Shown: positions 34,367 through 45,675 of the stretch, piece by piece
Layout: each line of letters opens with the position of its first letter
How positions within the stretch are numbered: position 1 is the stretch's first letter
Origin: a virus
Lineage: Duplodnaviria > Caudoviricetes
Reading direction: 5' to 3' (one strand)
DNA: 64,000 bases
Virus record (IMG/VR): IMGVR_UViG_3300035208_002098
Location: 32,001-96,000 of that record
The notes under the pieces: generated by a model
Databases searched by the model: none
What the model was told of the DNA's origin: nothing
What the model saw: the letters and a program-made list of their open reading frames with translations, nothing else
Made by a program: the position numbers and the translations under genes

Positions 34367-34753
34367 CTAGAAATTATACTTGGTTTCATCAGTTTCTTTA
34401 GAATATAATGGCAAGCTTAGGTAGTCCCAATATTTAACCACAGATTGGCTCATATTATTATATATAATCTTTTCTCGTTGCCACTCCATTAATATCATAT
34501 GAATCATATGATTATTTAATCCGTACACGGTAGATATCAACATATGTATATCTTCAGCTTTAACATATTTTTCATTAGTTAAAGTAAGATTATTATCTTT
34601 ATTAGGAAAGGTATAGAACCTACCATCCTTTATAACTGTACAAACATGTCTATCTAACAATTTACACACATTATAATATAGTTTCGGTTCTATACCTAAA
34701 CAATTAAGTTCAGCTAAACGTTTATCAATTAATATTTTAGTCTTAGCGTCCAA
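34367..34753 (-). CDS. Hypothetical protein
   Basis: Overlaps the end of the sigma gene. Confidence 0.5.
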   Translation of the reverse strand: MDAKTKILIDKRLAELNCLGIEPKLYYNVCKLLDRHVCTVIKDGRFYTFPNKDNNLTLTNEKYVKAEDIHMLISTVYGLNNHMIHMILMEWQREKIIYNNMSQSVVKYWDYLSLPLYSKETDETKYNF

Positions 34754-35618
34754 TTGTTAATATATCGTTAAAATCCATAGTACTTTTACCCATGATTTTT
34801 TTCAATTTCACAAGAGATTTATCACGAATTAGTCTAACACCTTCACGGCTAATATCAAGCATTTCACCGATTTCTTGTAGGGTCATTGCTTTATTCTCAC
34901 TAAAACCGTATGATAGTTCAATAATTCGTCTTGCTCTATCATCAAGTTTAGCTAATAATTCAGTTATAATAAATTCTTTATCATCAATTAATAAAATACT
35001 ATCTGATAAAAAATTATCTTTAGATGGTATCACATCTAATAGTGAACAACCATCTTCATCAATTGGTTTATCCAATGAATTTATCGAATTTAATTCAAGT
35101 TGAATTAATTCATTAACATCACCTATTTCAATATCCATGAATTCGGCTATCTCCATATTAGTTGGCTGACGATTATATTGTTGTTCTAAACTATTAATAA
35201 CACCCTTAACTTTATTAAGTTGTGCTATTTTATTACCCGGAAGTCTAATAGTTCTAGAGTTTTGATTTTTATATTCATTAATTTTTTGACGAATCCACCA
35301 TACGGCATATGAAATTAATTTAAGGCCTCTAGTAGGTTCATATTTACCAATGGCAATTATTAAACCAATATTACCTTCATTAACTAAATCTTCTATAGTT
35401 GAAGATTTATCAACTGATTGTTTTGCAACTGATACAACAAAACGTAAATTAGATTCAACTAAGATTCTGAACGCATCCTTATCACCGTTTTTAGCCTTTA
35501 TAGCATATTCAAACTCTTCATTCTCATTAAGCAACGGGATTCTACTTATTTCAACTAGATACTGTTTGAATGTCATTGACCCCGAAGTCAATCTTTGTTC
35601 TTTGAAAAATGGTTTCAT
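34743..35618 (-). CDS. RpoD/SigA-family sigma factor (short Bacteroidota type)
   Basis: YLVEISRIPLL, SNLRFVVSVAKQ, DLVNEGNIGL, ISYAVWWIRQ, RTIRLP, TLQEIG...SREGVR. Confidence 0.93.
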   Translation of the reverse strand: MKPFFKEQRLTSGSMTFKQYLVEISRIPLLNENEEFEYAIKAKNGDKDAFRILVESNLRFVVSVAKQSVDKSSTIEDLVNEGNIGLIIAIGKYEPTRGLKLISYAVWWIRQKINEYKNQNSRTIRLPGNKIAQLNKVKGVINSLEQQYNRQPTNMEIAEFMDIEIGDVNELIQLELNSINSLDKPIDEDGCSLLDVIPSKDNFLSDSILLIDDKEFIITELLAKLDDRARRIIELSYGFSENKAMTLQEIGEMLDISREGVRLIRDKSLVKLKKIMGKSTMDFNDILTIGR

Positions 35619-35665
35619 ATATTAATTTTAAAAGTTACACAATTATTTTGCGAAAGTAGTCTATT

Positions 35666-37242
35666 TTATTTAGTTATCCAAATTAATTCATAGGTTTTTT
35701 TAAGTTTTTTATTTTCGTTATACCACATATTTACAATCTCATTTATTTTATTATAATCAATACCAAAATATGTTGAAATTTCTCTAATTATATAAGGTAA
35801 ATAAACTACTGAAAGGTTATCAATAGAAATTATATTATAAACATCATTTTTAAATTCAAATGTGTAATGTTTATCTAAATATTTATATATTAAATCTTTC
35901 ATTATTAATAAAAATCGTAATTTGTTTTTAAATATTCCTCTTGTTTACCTTCAAACCAATTATTAACGATTTTTTTACCCTCATCATAATTAGCTATCAC
36001 ACCAATTAATTTTTCTAAGGTAATCTTATCACCATATTTATCTATTACTACCCAATCAAACCTAGTCATTTCAACACGGCATTTATTTAAATACGATATT
36101 AAATCAAGTACAATTAACTGTTTATTACACGTGTACCAATATTCACATAGTAATCGTATTTTACTTATACCTACACCAAAAATATTTTTAATATGTTCTA
36201 TGAATTCTTCTAAAGTGAAACATATTCTTTCATCTAATTTATCAGATATCCGTATCCCATTTTTAATGGATAAGTAATAATGCTTATTTAAGTATTTGTT
36301 AATAATTTTTTTCAAAGTAATATTAAATTATCTACAAAGATATTAAATTAATTTTACTATTTCAAGTTAAAATTATAAATAATATACTTGTAATAACAAC
36401 ACCAATAAGTAAGTCCCTAATAGATATTCGTTTATATTTAGTTTCTTCAATTGAATTTAATATACAAGCTCCGAAAATCCTTTTACTGGCAGACCCAATG
36501 AACTCTTTAGTTATTGGACCATGTGCCGAGATACATTGACGTAAACCATTATTTATTCTCTCAACCTCAAATCTTCTAACTCTTTTAAGTTTTTCTAATG
36601 TTTTGGTATCAAGTTTTTCTTGTGATTTAAATATTTCAACTAAATTTTCAACATTTGGTTTAGGTTTATTTAATTCTTCAGTTATTTTTCTAACTAATTT
36701 TTCTTCTTTTGATTTTTTCATAAAACTATTTACTAATAAATATTTGAGTATTTCTTTTATTATACCCGAATATCATTATACTAGAAATACTTTGGGTTTG
36801 GTCTCCACTTAACTATATTATCGTTAGATAATACTATATCAGTACCATAAATGGTATAAATATTATTATCACCATCTGATGCTCTCCAAGCGTCAACTTT
36901 TTTACCATCTTTTAATTTAATTGATACAACCGAATAATAATCAGGTAATTCTTTTTCAATGTTAACCCAAGACATAGGAATTATTTTAACGATATCCTCA
37001 TCACTATCCATTCTATTATGCCTAAATACATGACCATCATTTGTTCGTGTACCACGACCTTTACGTTTATTTAGATATGCTACTTCATGGTCATAATATA
37101 ATATATTAGAATCTAATGGTTTAACGTACTTTAACTTAACACCTTGTTTTGATATTAATATATCACCCTTTTTACATGTATTTAAATCGACTTCTTTAAT
37201 TTCAAAATAAATATTAGTTGTTGTCATACCAGTTGAGCTCAT
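35666..37242 (-). other. Hypothetical ORFs (35666-35902 and 35905-~36315 related; 36362-36721; 36781-37242)
   Basis: KYLxKHY...I.xxFG. motif shared by the first two. Confidence 0.55.
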
Positions 37243-37247
37243 ATAAT

Positions 37248-37721
37248 TTAAATTAATGGATTTCTAAAATTATTTTTGTTTATTATTTCTTCAATTGCAT
37301 CCAAGCAAGCCACTTGACTATGATGTAATACACTTCTAGCACTTACCAAATCAATCCAACGAAACCCATCCATTTCCGGGAACCCACCACAATGTGGTAA
37401 TACATTACTATTACATTTAAGTTCAAAACTTGTAAAGTCAATATGGTTTTCACATTCAAATACAACATACGGTGTTAAACGTTTTGCTTTATTTTTAAAA
37501 GTTTGCTTTGTTAACTTATAAAAATTAATTGGTTCATATCGTAAATCTACGTTAACTTCTTCCCAAGTTTCTCTTATGGCACCAGTTAAACTATCTTCAT
37601 CAGAATCAACTTTACCTTTTGGTATAGACCAAAAATTTTTATGATGTCGTGTTGGATGTGCAACTAATAATTCATTTTGATTATTAATCAAAAAAATACC
37701 ACTTGTTTTAATTATTCCCAT
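37248..37721 (-). CDS. NUDIX hydrolase
   Basis: WSIPKGKVDSDEDSLTGAIRETWEEVNV, FPEMD. Confidence 0.88.
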   Translation of the reverse strand: MGIIKTSGIFLINNQNELLVAHPTRHHKNFWSIPKGKVDSDEDSLTGAIRETWEEVNVDLRYEPINFYKLTKQTFKNKAKRLTPYVVFECENHIDFTSFELKCNSNVLPHCGGFPEMDGFRWIDLVSARSVLHHSQVACLDAIEEIINKNNFRNPLI

Positions 37722-38118
37722 ATTCGTTTTCTTCTAATATTTCTAGAACTTCATTAGGTTCTAATAATTTATATTTTATTTTTATGTTTTCTTTACCAGT
37801 ACCACCCAAACTATTATACGCTGAGTCTGATAGCATGAAATGATATTTTGGTGTATCCATATGTTTTCCTGTTGAATCGACCTTATATGGGCCCCTATCG
37901 TTTATTTTAACTATTACACACGAATCATTATTGGGGTTAATTATTTTAACATACGTGTTAAACTCCATATATGGTGAAGCTGCAGTTAATTGATATCCAT
38001 TATATGTTTCACCACTACATGTTACTTTATCTTCAAAATTAGAATTATAACATGATGCTTTAGGTGCTATTGAATGTGAATTCAATATTATATGTACTAA
38101 TGCTATTAATTTAAACAT
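37708..38118 (-). CDS. RlpA-like double-psi beta-barrel protein
   Basis: ASCY...TCSGETY...LTAASP...VIVKINDRGPY. Confidence 0.8.
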   Translation of the reverse strand: MFKLIALVHIILNSHSIAPKASCYNSNFEDKVTCSGETYNGYQLTAASPYMEFNTYVKIINPNNDSCVIVKINDRGPYKVDSTGKHMDTPKYHFMLSDSAYNSLGGTGKENIKIKYKLLEPNEVLEILEENEYGNN

Positions 38119-38122
38119 AATT

Positions 38123-38785
38123 TTAAGATTTATAAGTTAATTCAACACCACATTCAGAAAGTAATTCATAGGATAATTTAAAACTATCACCCCATCTTTT
38201 ATCTTCAAAATCTGGTTTAGTACAAACAACTCGCTTTATACCAGACTGTATAATTGCTCTAGCACAATCTACACATGGAAACCATTTAAGATACATAGTA
38301 CAGCCTTTTACATGAGAACCATTTCTCGCAGCTGTATAAATACTATTTCTCTCAGCATGTTCAAAATATGCGTATTTTTGAGGTCTTTCATGGCGTGAAT
38401 CAATATTATCATTAAAACCAACCGGCATACCATTATACCCCAATGAAACTACTCGTTTATCTTCATCAACAATAACAGCACCTACTTTAGTGCTACGGTC
38501 TTTAGACCAATTACCAATATATTCAGCCAAATCGATAAATCTTTGGTCCCAATCTGTTTTGGTGGTTGTTTCAATTTCATTAAATTCTTCGAAATGAACT
38601 GTATTAAATTCATATCCGGGTAATTCTTCTAATTCAACCGTTGATGACCAGTTATGTACATTAATTTTTTTAACGATGTATGTAACACCAACTATTAAAT
38701 GCGTATCAGCATATTTTTTATCGTAATCAGTACCATTTTTACCGGTATAAATTATTTTAGTACCTTTTTCTGCGTATATATTCAT
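38123..38785 (-). CDS. dCMP deaminase with N-terminal extension
   Basis: SKDRSTKVGAVI, GYNG, HAERN, PCVDC. Confidence 0.92.
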   Translation of the reverse strand: MNIYAEKGTKIIYTGKNGTDYDKKYADTHLIVGVTYIVKKINVHNWSSTVELEELPGYEFNTVHFEEFNEIETTTKTDWDQRFIDLAEYIGNWSKDRSTKVGAVIVDEDKRVVSLGYNGMPVGFNDNIDSRHERPQKYAYFEHAERNSIYTAARNGSHVKGCTMYLKWFPCVDCARAIIQSGIKRVVCTKPDFEDKRWGDSFKLSYELLSECGVELTYKS

Positions 38786-39103
38786 ATTATTATTGTTTTA
38801 TATAATTTCCGTTTTTATCAAAAAATGTTGGGTATTGTTTTTTGAAAGCATCGTTTGCTTCCTCTTCCGTTTTAAAACATAACCAATTCATCATATCACA
38901 ATTACAACAACCATTTGGTGATTCTTCATTTGGGAATGGTGTGTCACAAGCTACACATGGTACTACTAAACAAAAGTTAGATGATTTAAATTTACCCATA
39001 ATTATTTATTTTTTACAAAGATACAACAAATATTTAACATATGCAAAAAAAAAGCACCCTATTTTTAGAGTGCTTAGAAAAAAAACAATAAAATGAACAA
39101 ATA

Positions 39104-40804
39104 TTAAACTAAAGTTAATCTACCTTCTAATATAATACCGTTATCTTTAGGAACGATTTCAAAATCTACTGCAGCTTTGGTGTTACCAAAATTAGTATGA
39201 ATCCATTTAGAACTACCATATAACGAACTTACTTTTTTATAACGGAATCGTTTAGCATATCCTATACATGTTTGGTGTAAATCACCTGAAATAACATGTG
39301 TGTATTCAGAATTTATATTATTGTTGTGTAAATACTCATTAATATATACTTCAGTTTTATCATTTAAAGTTAATGGAAATCCATATGCTTTATCTTCTTT
39401 ATCTTTACCATGTGTTAAAATGAATGTATGAACACCATATTTAAAATATTCTATAAATTTATTGAATACTCTAGCATTCATTCCCGGATATCTCTGGTTT
39501 AAATATGTTTCAATTGTTTTATTTGCGGCCCAACCAAAATCACCATCATGATTTGAATCACCAACACAAATATAATCTATCGAGTTAGCAACATCTATAT
39601 TATGTAATGTTTCAAAAAAACTAAGCATACCTTTAACAAATATTTCGAATTGTTCTTTATTTGTCATATTTTGAGGTAATTTATGACCACCACGAGTTGT
39701 TTGTGCATTATAACCATCTAAAGAATCACCTAGATTACAAATGATTACTTTATCAAATCTACCAAATATTTCGTATTGTCTAGTTATTTCATCACAAGTT
39801 GCTCTAAGGCGTTTATTAAATTCTTCAGAATTATATGTGTTTTCATAAATTGACTCATCTAATGTTTGTGCACCAACATGCATATCAGATAAATAAACTA
39901 TTAGAGCATTATCAGATTTAGTTTCCTTTTTAGTAATTTCAAAAGGGATGATATCATTAAGAATTAATTGATTACCCATGGTTTCCCACCCATGAATTAA
40001 TTTTTTAAGTCTAAGGATTTCTTTTTGAGCATCAGAAAGATTTTTTGCCGTAACTTTTCCACTTTCTTGGTCAAGTTTTTTTAATACGTCATGCTCTTTA
40101 TTAGTATAAATTATTTTTGCTATTTCATCAGTAGAACTTTCTTCAATTGTATGCGGTGCTACTGGGTGTGATGTTTTTGTTATATTGAACGCTCTTAATA
40201 TACGAATGAAATCATCATAATCTATCGTTGGGAACATCCTAGAAACTGCTCGTCTTGTTAATCCAGCACCATAAAGATTAGAATATGAACGATAAATTGT
40301 TTCCATTTCTTCTCTAGATAATGAACCAATTAAGTCTGGTTTATTTCTAATTTTTATTCGGTATGAATATTCACTAATTTTATTCATAACAGTTTTACCA
40401 TCACTTAAAGTAAATTCTTCACCATTACGAACCATTTCACCTTTAAATAAATCATCATATGAATCATCAGTATATGCATCGTAATCAACTAAGAAACTGC
40501 TTTTATCTAAACGGTTTTCTTTTATTAATTCAGGTTTATCAAGTGATTTATGTTCATTACTTAAAGTTTGTTTTAAGCTTAAATATTTATCATAAATTGT
40601 TAAAAACGTTTGTATTAAAATTATATCATCCTGATTATCTGATGATGGTACTTCAGATTCCTTATATTCCCAAACCATATTAGCTATGAAATTTCTAACT
40701 CTACCTTTCTGAACACATAATTTATTAAGTGATGTTTTAGTATCAATGGCTTCATTGATTAAGCTTATTGCAGCCTCAATTAATTTTTTCTTGGTTTCTG
40801 TCAT
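39104..40804 (-). CDS. Calcineurin-like metallophosphoesterase with long N-terminal region
   Basis: SDMHVG, LGDSLDG, SNHD, THG, GDLH. Confidence 0.8.
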   Translation of the reverse strand: MTETKKKLIEAAISLINEAIDTKTSLNKLCVQKGRVRNFIANMVWEYKESEVPSSDNQDDIILIQTFLTIYDKYLSLKQTLSNEHKSLDKPELIKENRLDKSSFLVDYDAYTDDSYDDLFKGEMVRNGEEFTLSDGKTVMNKISEYSYRIKIRNKPDLIGSLSREEMETIYRSYSNLYGAGLTRRAVSRMFPTIDYDDFIRILRAFNITKTSHPVAPHTIEESSTDEIAKIIYTNKEHDVLKKLDQESGKVTAKNLSDAQKEILRLKKLIHGWETMGNQLILNDIIPFEITKKETKSDNALIVYLSDMHVGAQTLDESIYENTYNSEEFNKRLRATCDEITRQYEIFGRFDKVIICNLGDSLDGYNAQTTRGGHKLPQNMTNKEQFEIFVKGMLSFFETLHNIDVANSIDYICVGDSNHDGDFGWAANKTIETYLNQRYPGMNARVFNKFIEYFKYGVHTFILTHGKDKEDKAYGFPLTLNDKTEVYINEYLHNNNINSEYTHVISGDLHQTCIGYAKRFRYKKVSSLYGSSKWIHTNFGNTKAAVDFEIVPKDNGIILEGRLTLV

Positions 40805-40898
40805 ACGATTTTAATTTATTTAATTTTTTATTTCTTCAAAAGTATACAAATAAAATGCAGATGTCAAGTATTTTAATAAAAATTTCATAATATGTGAG

Positions 40899-40906
40899 AT
40901 ATTTAT
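40899..40906 (+). promoter_or_regulatory. Putative late-promoter motif ATATTTAT (also minus strand 34340, 36736, 53242, 61166, 63694; plus strand 23842)
   Basis: Usually 15-26 nt upstream of starts lacking the TAnnTTTG promoter (further for corA). Low complexity, so moderate confidence. Confidence 0.45.
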
Positions 40907-40929
40907 AGAAAACTAATATAAAGTATAGA

Positions 40930-41631
40930 ATGAAGTCATTTATAAAATCTAAATTAAGAGTATTATTAGAATCAGATATTAAAACTGTTTCTAACCCAAT
41001 GTCGGGCAATGAAAAACATAGTGCAACTTATAATGATTTAAGGGTGATTACAGCTAAAGTATCGTCTGTACAAAAACAATTTGGTAGTGATAAATATTTC
41101 CAAGATGCCAGAGAAGGTGATGGCGTTTATTTAATCATTATTAGTAAAAATGGTCGAGTAACTGTTAAAACACCTAACAGACAAATAAGTGACCGTGAAA
41201 TTGGTGGTGTTACAACAACTAGAGTATTTGATAATATTGAAGTTCCTATTAAAGCTTATTCTGGTAATGATGAACTATTACAAAAAGGTAGAGGTCAAGT
41301 AACCGGACAACCTAAAACTGAGAGTGGTGCGTCAGATGCACGAATTAAAGCTTATGTAATTTTTGGTGATATGATTATAGATAGAGTTAAACAAAATGTA
41401 GAAGGTGCTTACGATAAGTATACCGGTGATGATAATACATTTCAAGGTAATAATGAAAAACAAATCAATCGTAAAGAATTTATTAATCAACGTGAAAAAG
41501 AAAGGGAATTTAGACAAAAAACTAAAGCACCACTTAGTTTACCTGATGATGAAGAAAATGCAATACTACAACGTCAGGCTCAACTACAAGCAAAATATGA
41601 AAAAATGAAGGCACAAAAAAGGGGTTATTAG
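40930..41631 (+). CDS. Hypothetical, possible virion-internal protein
   Basis: Counter-oriented. N-terminal MKSFIKSKLRVLLE. Confidence 0.6.
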   Translation: MKSFIKSKLRVLLESDIKTVSNPMSGNEKHSATYNDLRVITAKVSSVQKQFGSDKYFQDAREGDGVYLIIISKNGRVTVKTPNRQISDREIGGVTTTRVFDNIEVPIKAYSGNDELLQKGRGQVTGQPKTESGASDARIKAYVIFGDMIIDRVKQNVEGAYDKYTGDDNTFQGNNEKQINRKEFINQREKEREFRQKTKAPLSLPDDEENAILQRQAQLQAKYEKMKAQKRGY

Positions 41632-41643
41632 ACCCCTTTTTTT
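41615..41643. terminator. Bidirectional terminator
   Basis: AAAAAAGGGGT-TATTAG-ACCCCTTTTTT between convergent genes. Confidence 0.75.
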
Positions 41644-42448
41644 ATACTATTGTTGAATTACAATCATTAAAAACTACATCAACCTTATTTTTAATCTTAT
41701 TAAAAATTGGTAAACTAATTACCGATATAATATTCCGTTCAATCGTTAAGTTAGGATTTTTACGAGCAGCATGTTTTTCTGGTAATGAATCTAATTCTTC
41801 TTTAGTAAATTCCTTAGATGTTTTAACACGTTTTACATATGTACCACGTTTAAATTTAACGGGTAAATCATTCCAATTAACATTTTTTTCAAGCATCATT
41901 TTATCTTGAAGTTCATTACCATTTAATTTTTGAAGTGAATTATGTGAAAATAAACTTTGTGCAAGCATAGAAATACTGTTCTTAGTTGCATCATTTTCAC
42001 GCCATAATAATTGTGCTGCAGCATCACTTAAAGTTGGTACCTGATAAATACGACAATCAAAATTAGCTAATTTATCGTATTCTGGTAAATATATTTTTCT
42101 ATTCTCATTAAAAAATGTAACACATTTACCTGTCAATTTAGATAAAATTTTTTGTTTTTTACCGTCTTGATAAATAGAACTTTCTTTATCACCAGAATAT
42201 AAAATAAGTGTTATTTCATCACTTTGTGTATACCCCATAACTGCATTAGTTTCCTTAACTAACATTTTGGTGGTTTCAACCATTAAATCCGTTAATCGTT
42301 CATCAAATGGTTTAACCAATCCTTTGGTCCAAGTTGAAAAATTGTTACCATCTAATCGGATGATAACAGGCAACGTTGGTATCATAACATCCGGTGAGAA
42401 ATTCTTTTCTAACCATTTACTCCATTCGGCCAATGTCTTAAAATTCAT
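41642..42448 (-). CDS. tRNA(His) guanylyltransferase / Thg1-like protein
   Basis: IRLDGNNFS..T..L.KPFD, GYTQSDEITL, FDCR, WRENDATKNSI. Confidence 0.92.
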   Translation of the reverse strand: MNFKTLAEWSKWLEKNFSPDVMIPTLPVIIRLDGNNFSTWTKGLVKPFDERLTDLMVETTKMLVKETNAVMGYTQSDEITLILYSGDKESSIYQDGKKQKILSKLTGKCVTFFNENRKIYLPEYDKLANFDCRIYQVPTLSDAAAQLLWRENDATKNSISMLAQSLFSHNSLQKLNGNELQDKMMLEKNVNWNDLPVKFKRGTYVKRVKTSKEFTKEELDSLPEKHAARKNPNLTIERNIISVISLPIFNKIKNKVDVVFNDCNSTIV

Positions 42449-42449
42449 T

Positions 42450-43475
42450 TTATTTAGCTTTTAATAATTCTACACTTTTATTATTATTTATACCAATAAT
42501 AGCTCTTGAAATCTGGTCAGCTATACTGATAACCTTAACTATTGATTTAGTCTCAACCTCAATAATTTGTTGTTTTGTTGGATTCATCATTACCTTTTCC
42601 GGTATTTGTATACTATCAGATATAACTAATTCTTCTAATACAGATTCACTTATTCTTTCATAAGCCGGTCCAGATAACAATCCATGTGATGCAATTGCTC
42701 TAACCGATGCTGCACCACCATCTTTTAAATGTTGAGCTGCTTTACATAATGTTCCGGCTGTATCAACCATATCATCTATGATAACAACATGTTTACCATT
42801 AACATCACCAATTAAAACCATTTCATCAACTATATTAGCTTCTTTTCTAGTTTTATCGATAGTAACATAATATATCGGTTGTCCATATTTATTTGTGATA
42901 CGGTCTTTAAGATGTTTAACTCGTTTAACACCACCAGCATCAGGTGAACATAGAATTACATTATTGTCGTATTTCTTCATCAACTTAGATACATAATCAG
43001 CAAATAAATATTGACCTTCCATATGTGTTACTGGGATATCAAAAAACCCTTGAACTTGGTCGGCATGTAAGTCAAATAATATTACCGATGTTGCACCACG
43101 ATGTTCTAACATCTCAGCTATAATTTTAGCACCAATTGGTCCACGAATATCTTTTTTGTCTTGTCTTCCGTATGGGAAATACGGTACGATTGGTATAATT
43201 TCTTTAGCAGATGCTCGTTTAGCTGCATCAATTGCTAAATTAAGTGTCATAACTAAATCACTATTAGTTGGTGAACATAATAGATATACCCTTTTACCTC
43301 TAATACTATCAGCATATAATGTATTAATCTCACCATCTGAAAATGACTTGATACTAATCTCACCAATAGCTAACGTTTCATCGGATGTTGTATTTCTATT
43401 AAAATACTTAATTATATCGTTAACTAGTTTAGTCCTACCGTCTAAGGTAAAAATTACTGATTTCATACTTTCCAT
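42450..43475 (-). CDS. prs: Ribose-phosphate pyrophosphokinase (Prs family)
   Basis: FSDGEI, PYFPYGRQDK, DLHADQVQGFFDIPV, SPDAGGVKR, IDDMVDTAGTL, HGLLS. Confidence 0.9.
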   Translation of the reverse strand: MESMKSVIFTLDGRTKLVNDIIKYFNRNTTSDETLAIGEISIKSFSDGEINTLYADSIRGKRVYLLCSPTNSDLVMTLNLAIDAAKRASAKEIIPIVPYFPYGRQDKKDIRGPIGAKIIAEMLEHRGATSVILFDLHADQVQGFFDIPVTHMEGQYLFADYVSKLMKKYDNNVILCSPDAGGVKRVKHLKDRITNKYGQPIYYVTIDKTRKEANIVDEMVLIGDVNGKHVVIIDDMVDTAGTLCKAAQHLKDGGAASVRAIASHGLLSGPAYERISESVLEELVISDSIQIPEKVMMNPTKQQIIEVETKSIVKVISIADQISRAIIGINNNKSVELLKAK

Positions 43476-43543
43476 ATTAATTTAAGTTATTAGTTATTAT
43501 TTTGATGCAAATATATAACTTTATTTTGATACTACCAAATAAA

Positions 43544-44230
43544 TTAGGATAATTTTCTAACCCAATTTCTTTCATATGTTCGTTTAACGAAATTACCGGG
43601 TTCAAAACTACCAGTAAATAATACAATATCTAAAGCTGTTACAAGTTCCTGTAATAATGTATCCCATTCAGCTATTTGTTCATCTGAATAACCATCATCC
43701 CATTCAGAATCATGTTTAACTTCTTTAGTTTTACCATTAAGGATTAAATCTATATCTTCATATAAATCAGTATTACCAAAAAGTCTCTTTTCTTCAATTG
43801 ATGGTATACCGTTATTATTAACAATATAAATTTGTCTAATTAATTTAATATGGTCTTCAGTTAATTTGAATGTTTCTATTGACATAGTATTATATATTAT
43901 CTTTTATGTGATTGAGACGGTCTTCAACGCCTTTTATTATTTCTTCTTTAATTTTACTAGATTTCAAATCTCTAATAATTTCCTCAGTAACTTTAGCAAT
44001 TTTATTATTAACATGAATTCTAATACTATCAATCTCTTTATCAATTAATTCTTCTAATCTTTGACGTTCTTTGATAAAACCAAATTCAACAAATGGTCCT
44101 ATTTCACTTAATAGGAAATCCATCACTACTTTTTGAGCTTTTTCTGGTGTTACTGATTCACCATCTTCACTATATTTTACATCTTTGTGTGGTATAAATT
44201 TACCATCGTTTGGTTGCATTGCCATTTTTT
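43544..44230 (-). other. Two hypothetical ORFs (43544-43885; 43890-~44230)
   Basis: Co-oriented ORFs. Confidence 0.5.
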
Positions 44231-44259
44231 TCATATTAATTTCTGTTGATAAATCAACA

Positions 44260-45172
44260 TTATTTTTGTTTTTTGATTGCTTCGAAGACCATACCCCAAC
44301 TATCGTTGTACTCAGTCTCTTTTTTAATAATTTCATAAATTTCATCCCATTCTATATTATATTTATACGATTTAATATTCCAACCAATACAGTTAATAGT
44401 TTTAATTTTATAATAATTATTTACCAACCTAATGTTATCACTGGTGATAATACCTTTATTAAGTGAACTTCTAAATTTACTAAAAGATAAATTATTCAAT
44501 ACAATAAACTCAATTAATTTAGTTTTACCTGTAAAACAATATAATTCATTGTTAGGTGATATTAATATATATTTATACAATCTATATTGTTTTTTTACGC
44601 TATTTATTTTTTTTTAAAAATAATCTTTGTTCTGAGGACATTTTATGTCCTTTATTCTTTAAACTAATTTTATGTTTAGTCTCATCAGAACGAATCATTT
44701 TTTTACTCAATAATATATTACTTATTTTACTACAAACATCCTTTGGTATTGGATTTACTTTATAATATTCTTTCATAATATTTGATTGTTTATTTCTAAA
44801 TTCATCTGTTATATACCTACCAGAATTATTATCACCACCATTAGTCAAATTAGTTAATGGGCCTGTATTAAAATTAATTCTACCAATTAAAGTTATTATT
44901 TCTTTTTCTAGTATTAACGCATCATCTTCAATTAAATCATATTTTAATTTATTAATTATAGGTGTTAAACCTTCATTTAATATTTTTTTTATAGTTTTTG
45001 TTTTAATTAATTTAACATTTTTAAGATTATATTCTTTAATATGGTCATCCAATCTATTACCTTTACCTTTACCAACATAAAATGGTTCATAATCAAATTT
45101 ATAATCACCATAAATATATTCACCGGGTTTTCTAGGGTCTAAATAAACATATACATAATATATATTTAACAT
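44260..45172 (-). pseudogene. GIY-YIG-like/NUMOD3 homing endonuclease split by a frameshift at an A9 tract (44607-44615)
   Basis: YYVYVYLDPRK..PFYVGKGKGNR, LTNLTNGGD, SDETKHKIS. Removing one A joins it to ORF 44260-44580. Confidence 0.7.
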
Positions 45173-45591
45173 TTTTTTAAATAATTTAAAATATCCAACC
45201 AATCAACGTATGGGTCAAACGATGCTTTATCTTCGAAAAGAATGTTGAAATAAAATTTTTCTTCATAATAACCATGTTTAGTATCACCTGTTTTAACTTC
45301 TGGATTAGAATTTACGTAGTCGAATTCGATACCATGAAATCTAAATAATTGTCTGTATTGGTCTATCTCATCTGGATGTGAACACGTGTATAATATTAAT
45401 ACGATATCATCCCTTTGATTTAATTCGTATAGTACCTCAGTTGAGTGTTTATAAAATTCAGTACATATCCCATCAATTTCATAGTCTGGTTTTAATATCG
45501 TTCCATGAATATCAACAGCGACATATATTTTGTCCCAACCACGTTCTTTTTTAGCTTTAAATGCTTGTTCAATTGCTCTAACTATCGACAT
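45166..45591 (-). CDS. HAD-like hydrolase
   Basis: AVDIHGTI, LYT, K.FYFNILFEDKA. Confidence 0.65.
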   Translation of the reverse strand: MSIVRAIEQAFKAKKERGWDKIYVAVDIHGTILKPDYEIDGICTEFYKHSTEVLYELNQRDDIVLILYTCSHPDEIDQYRQLFRFHGIEFDYVNSNPEVKTGDTKHGYYEEKFYFNILFEDKASFDPYVDWLDILNYLKKC

Positions 45592-45621
45592 ATATTTCTT
45601 TTAATTTTATTGCAAATATAT

Positions 45622-45657
45622 CAAAAAAAAAGGATAAACGCAACATTTATCCTTTTT
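45622..45657. terminator. Terminator-like hairpin
   Basis: AAAAGGATAAA-CGCAACA-TTTATCCTTTT. Confidence 0.55.
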
Positions 45658-45675
45658 ATTTTATTTATTTATATA

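Noticed and set aside
44600-44602. Amber readthrough joining the two endonuclease halves
   Set aside because: The downstream ORF is in a different frame, so a frameshift is needed
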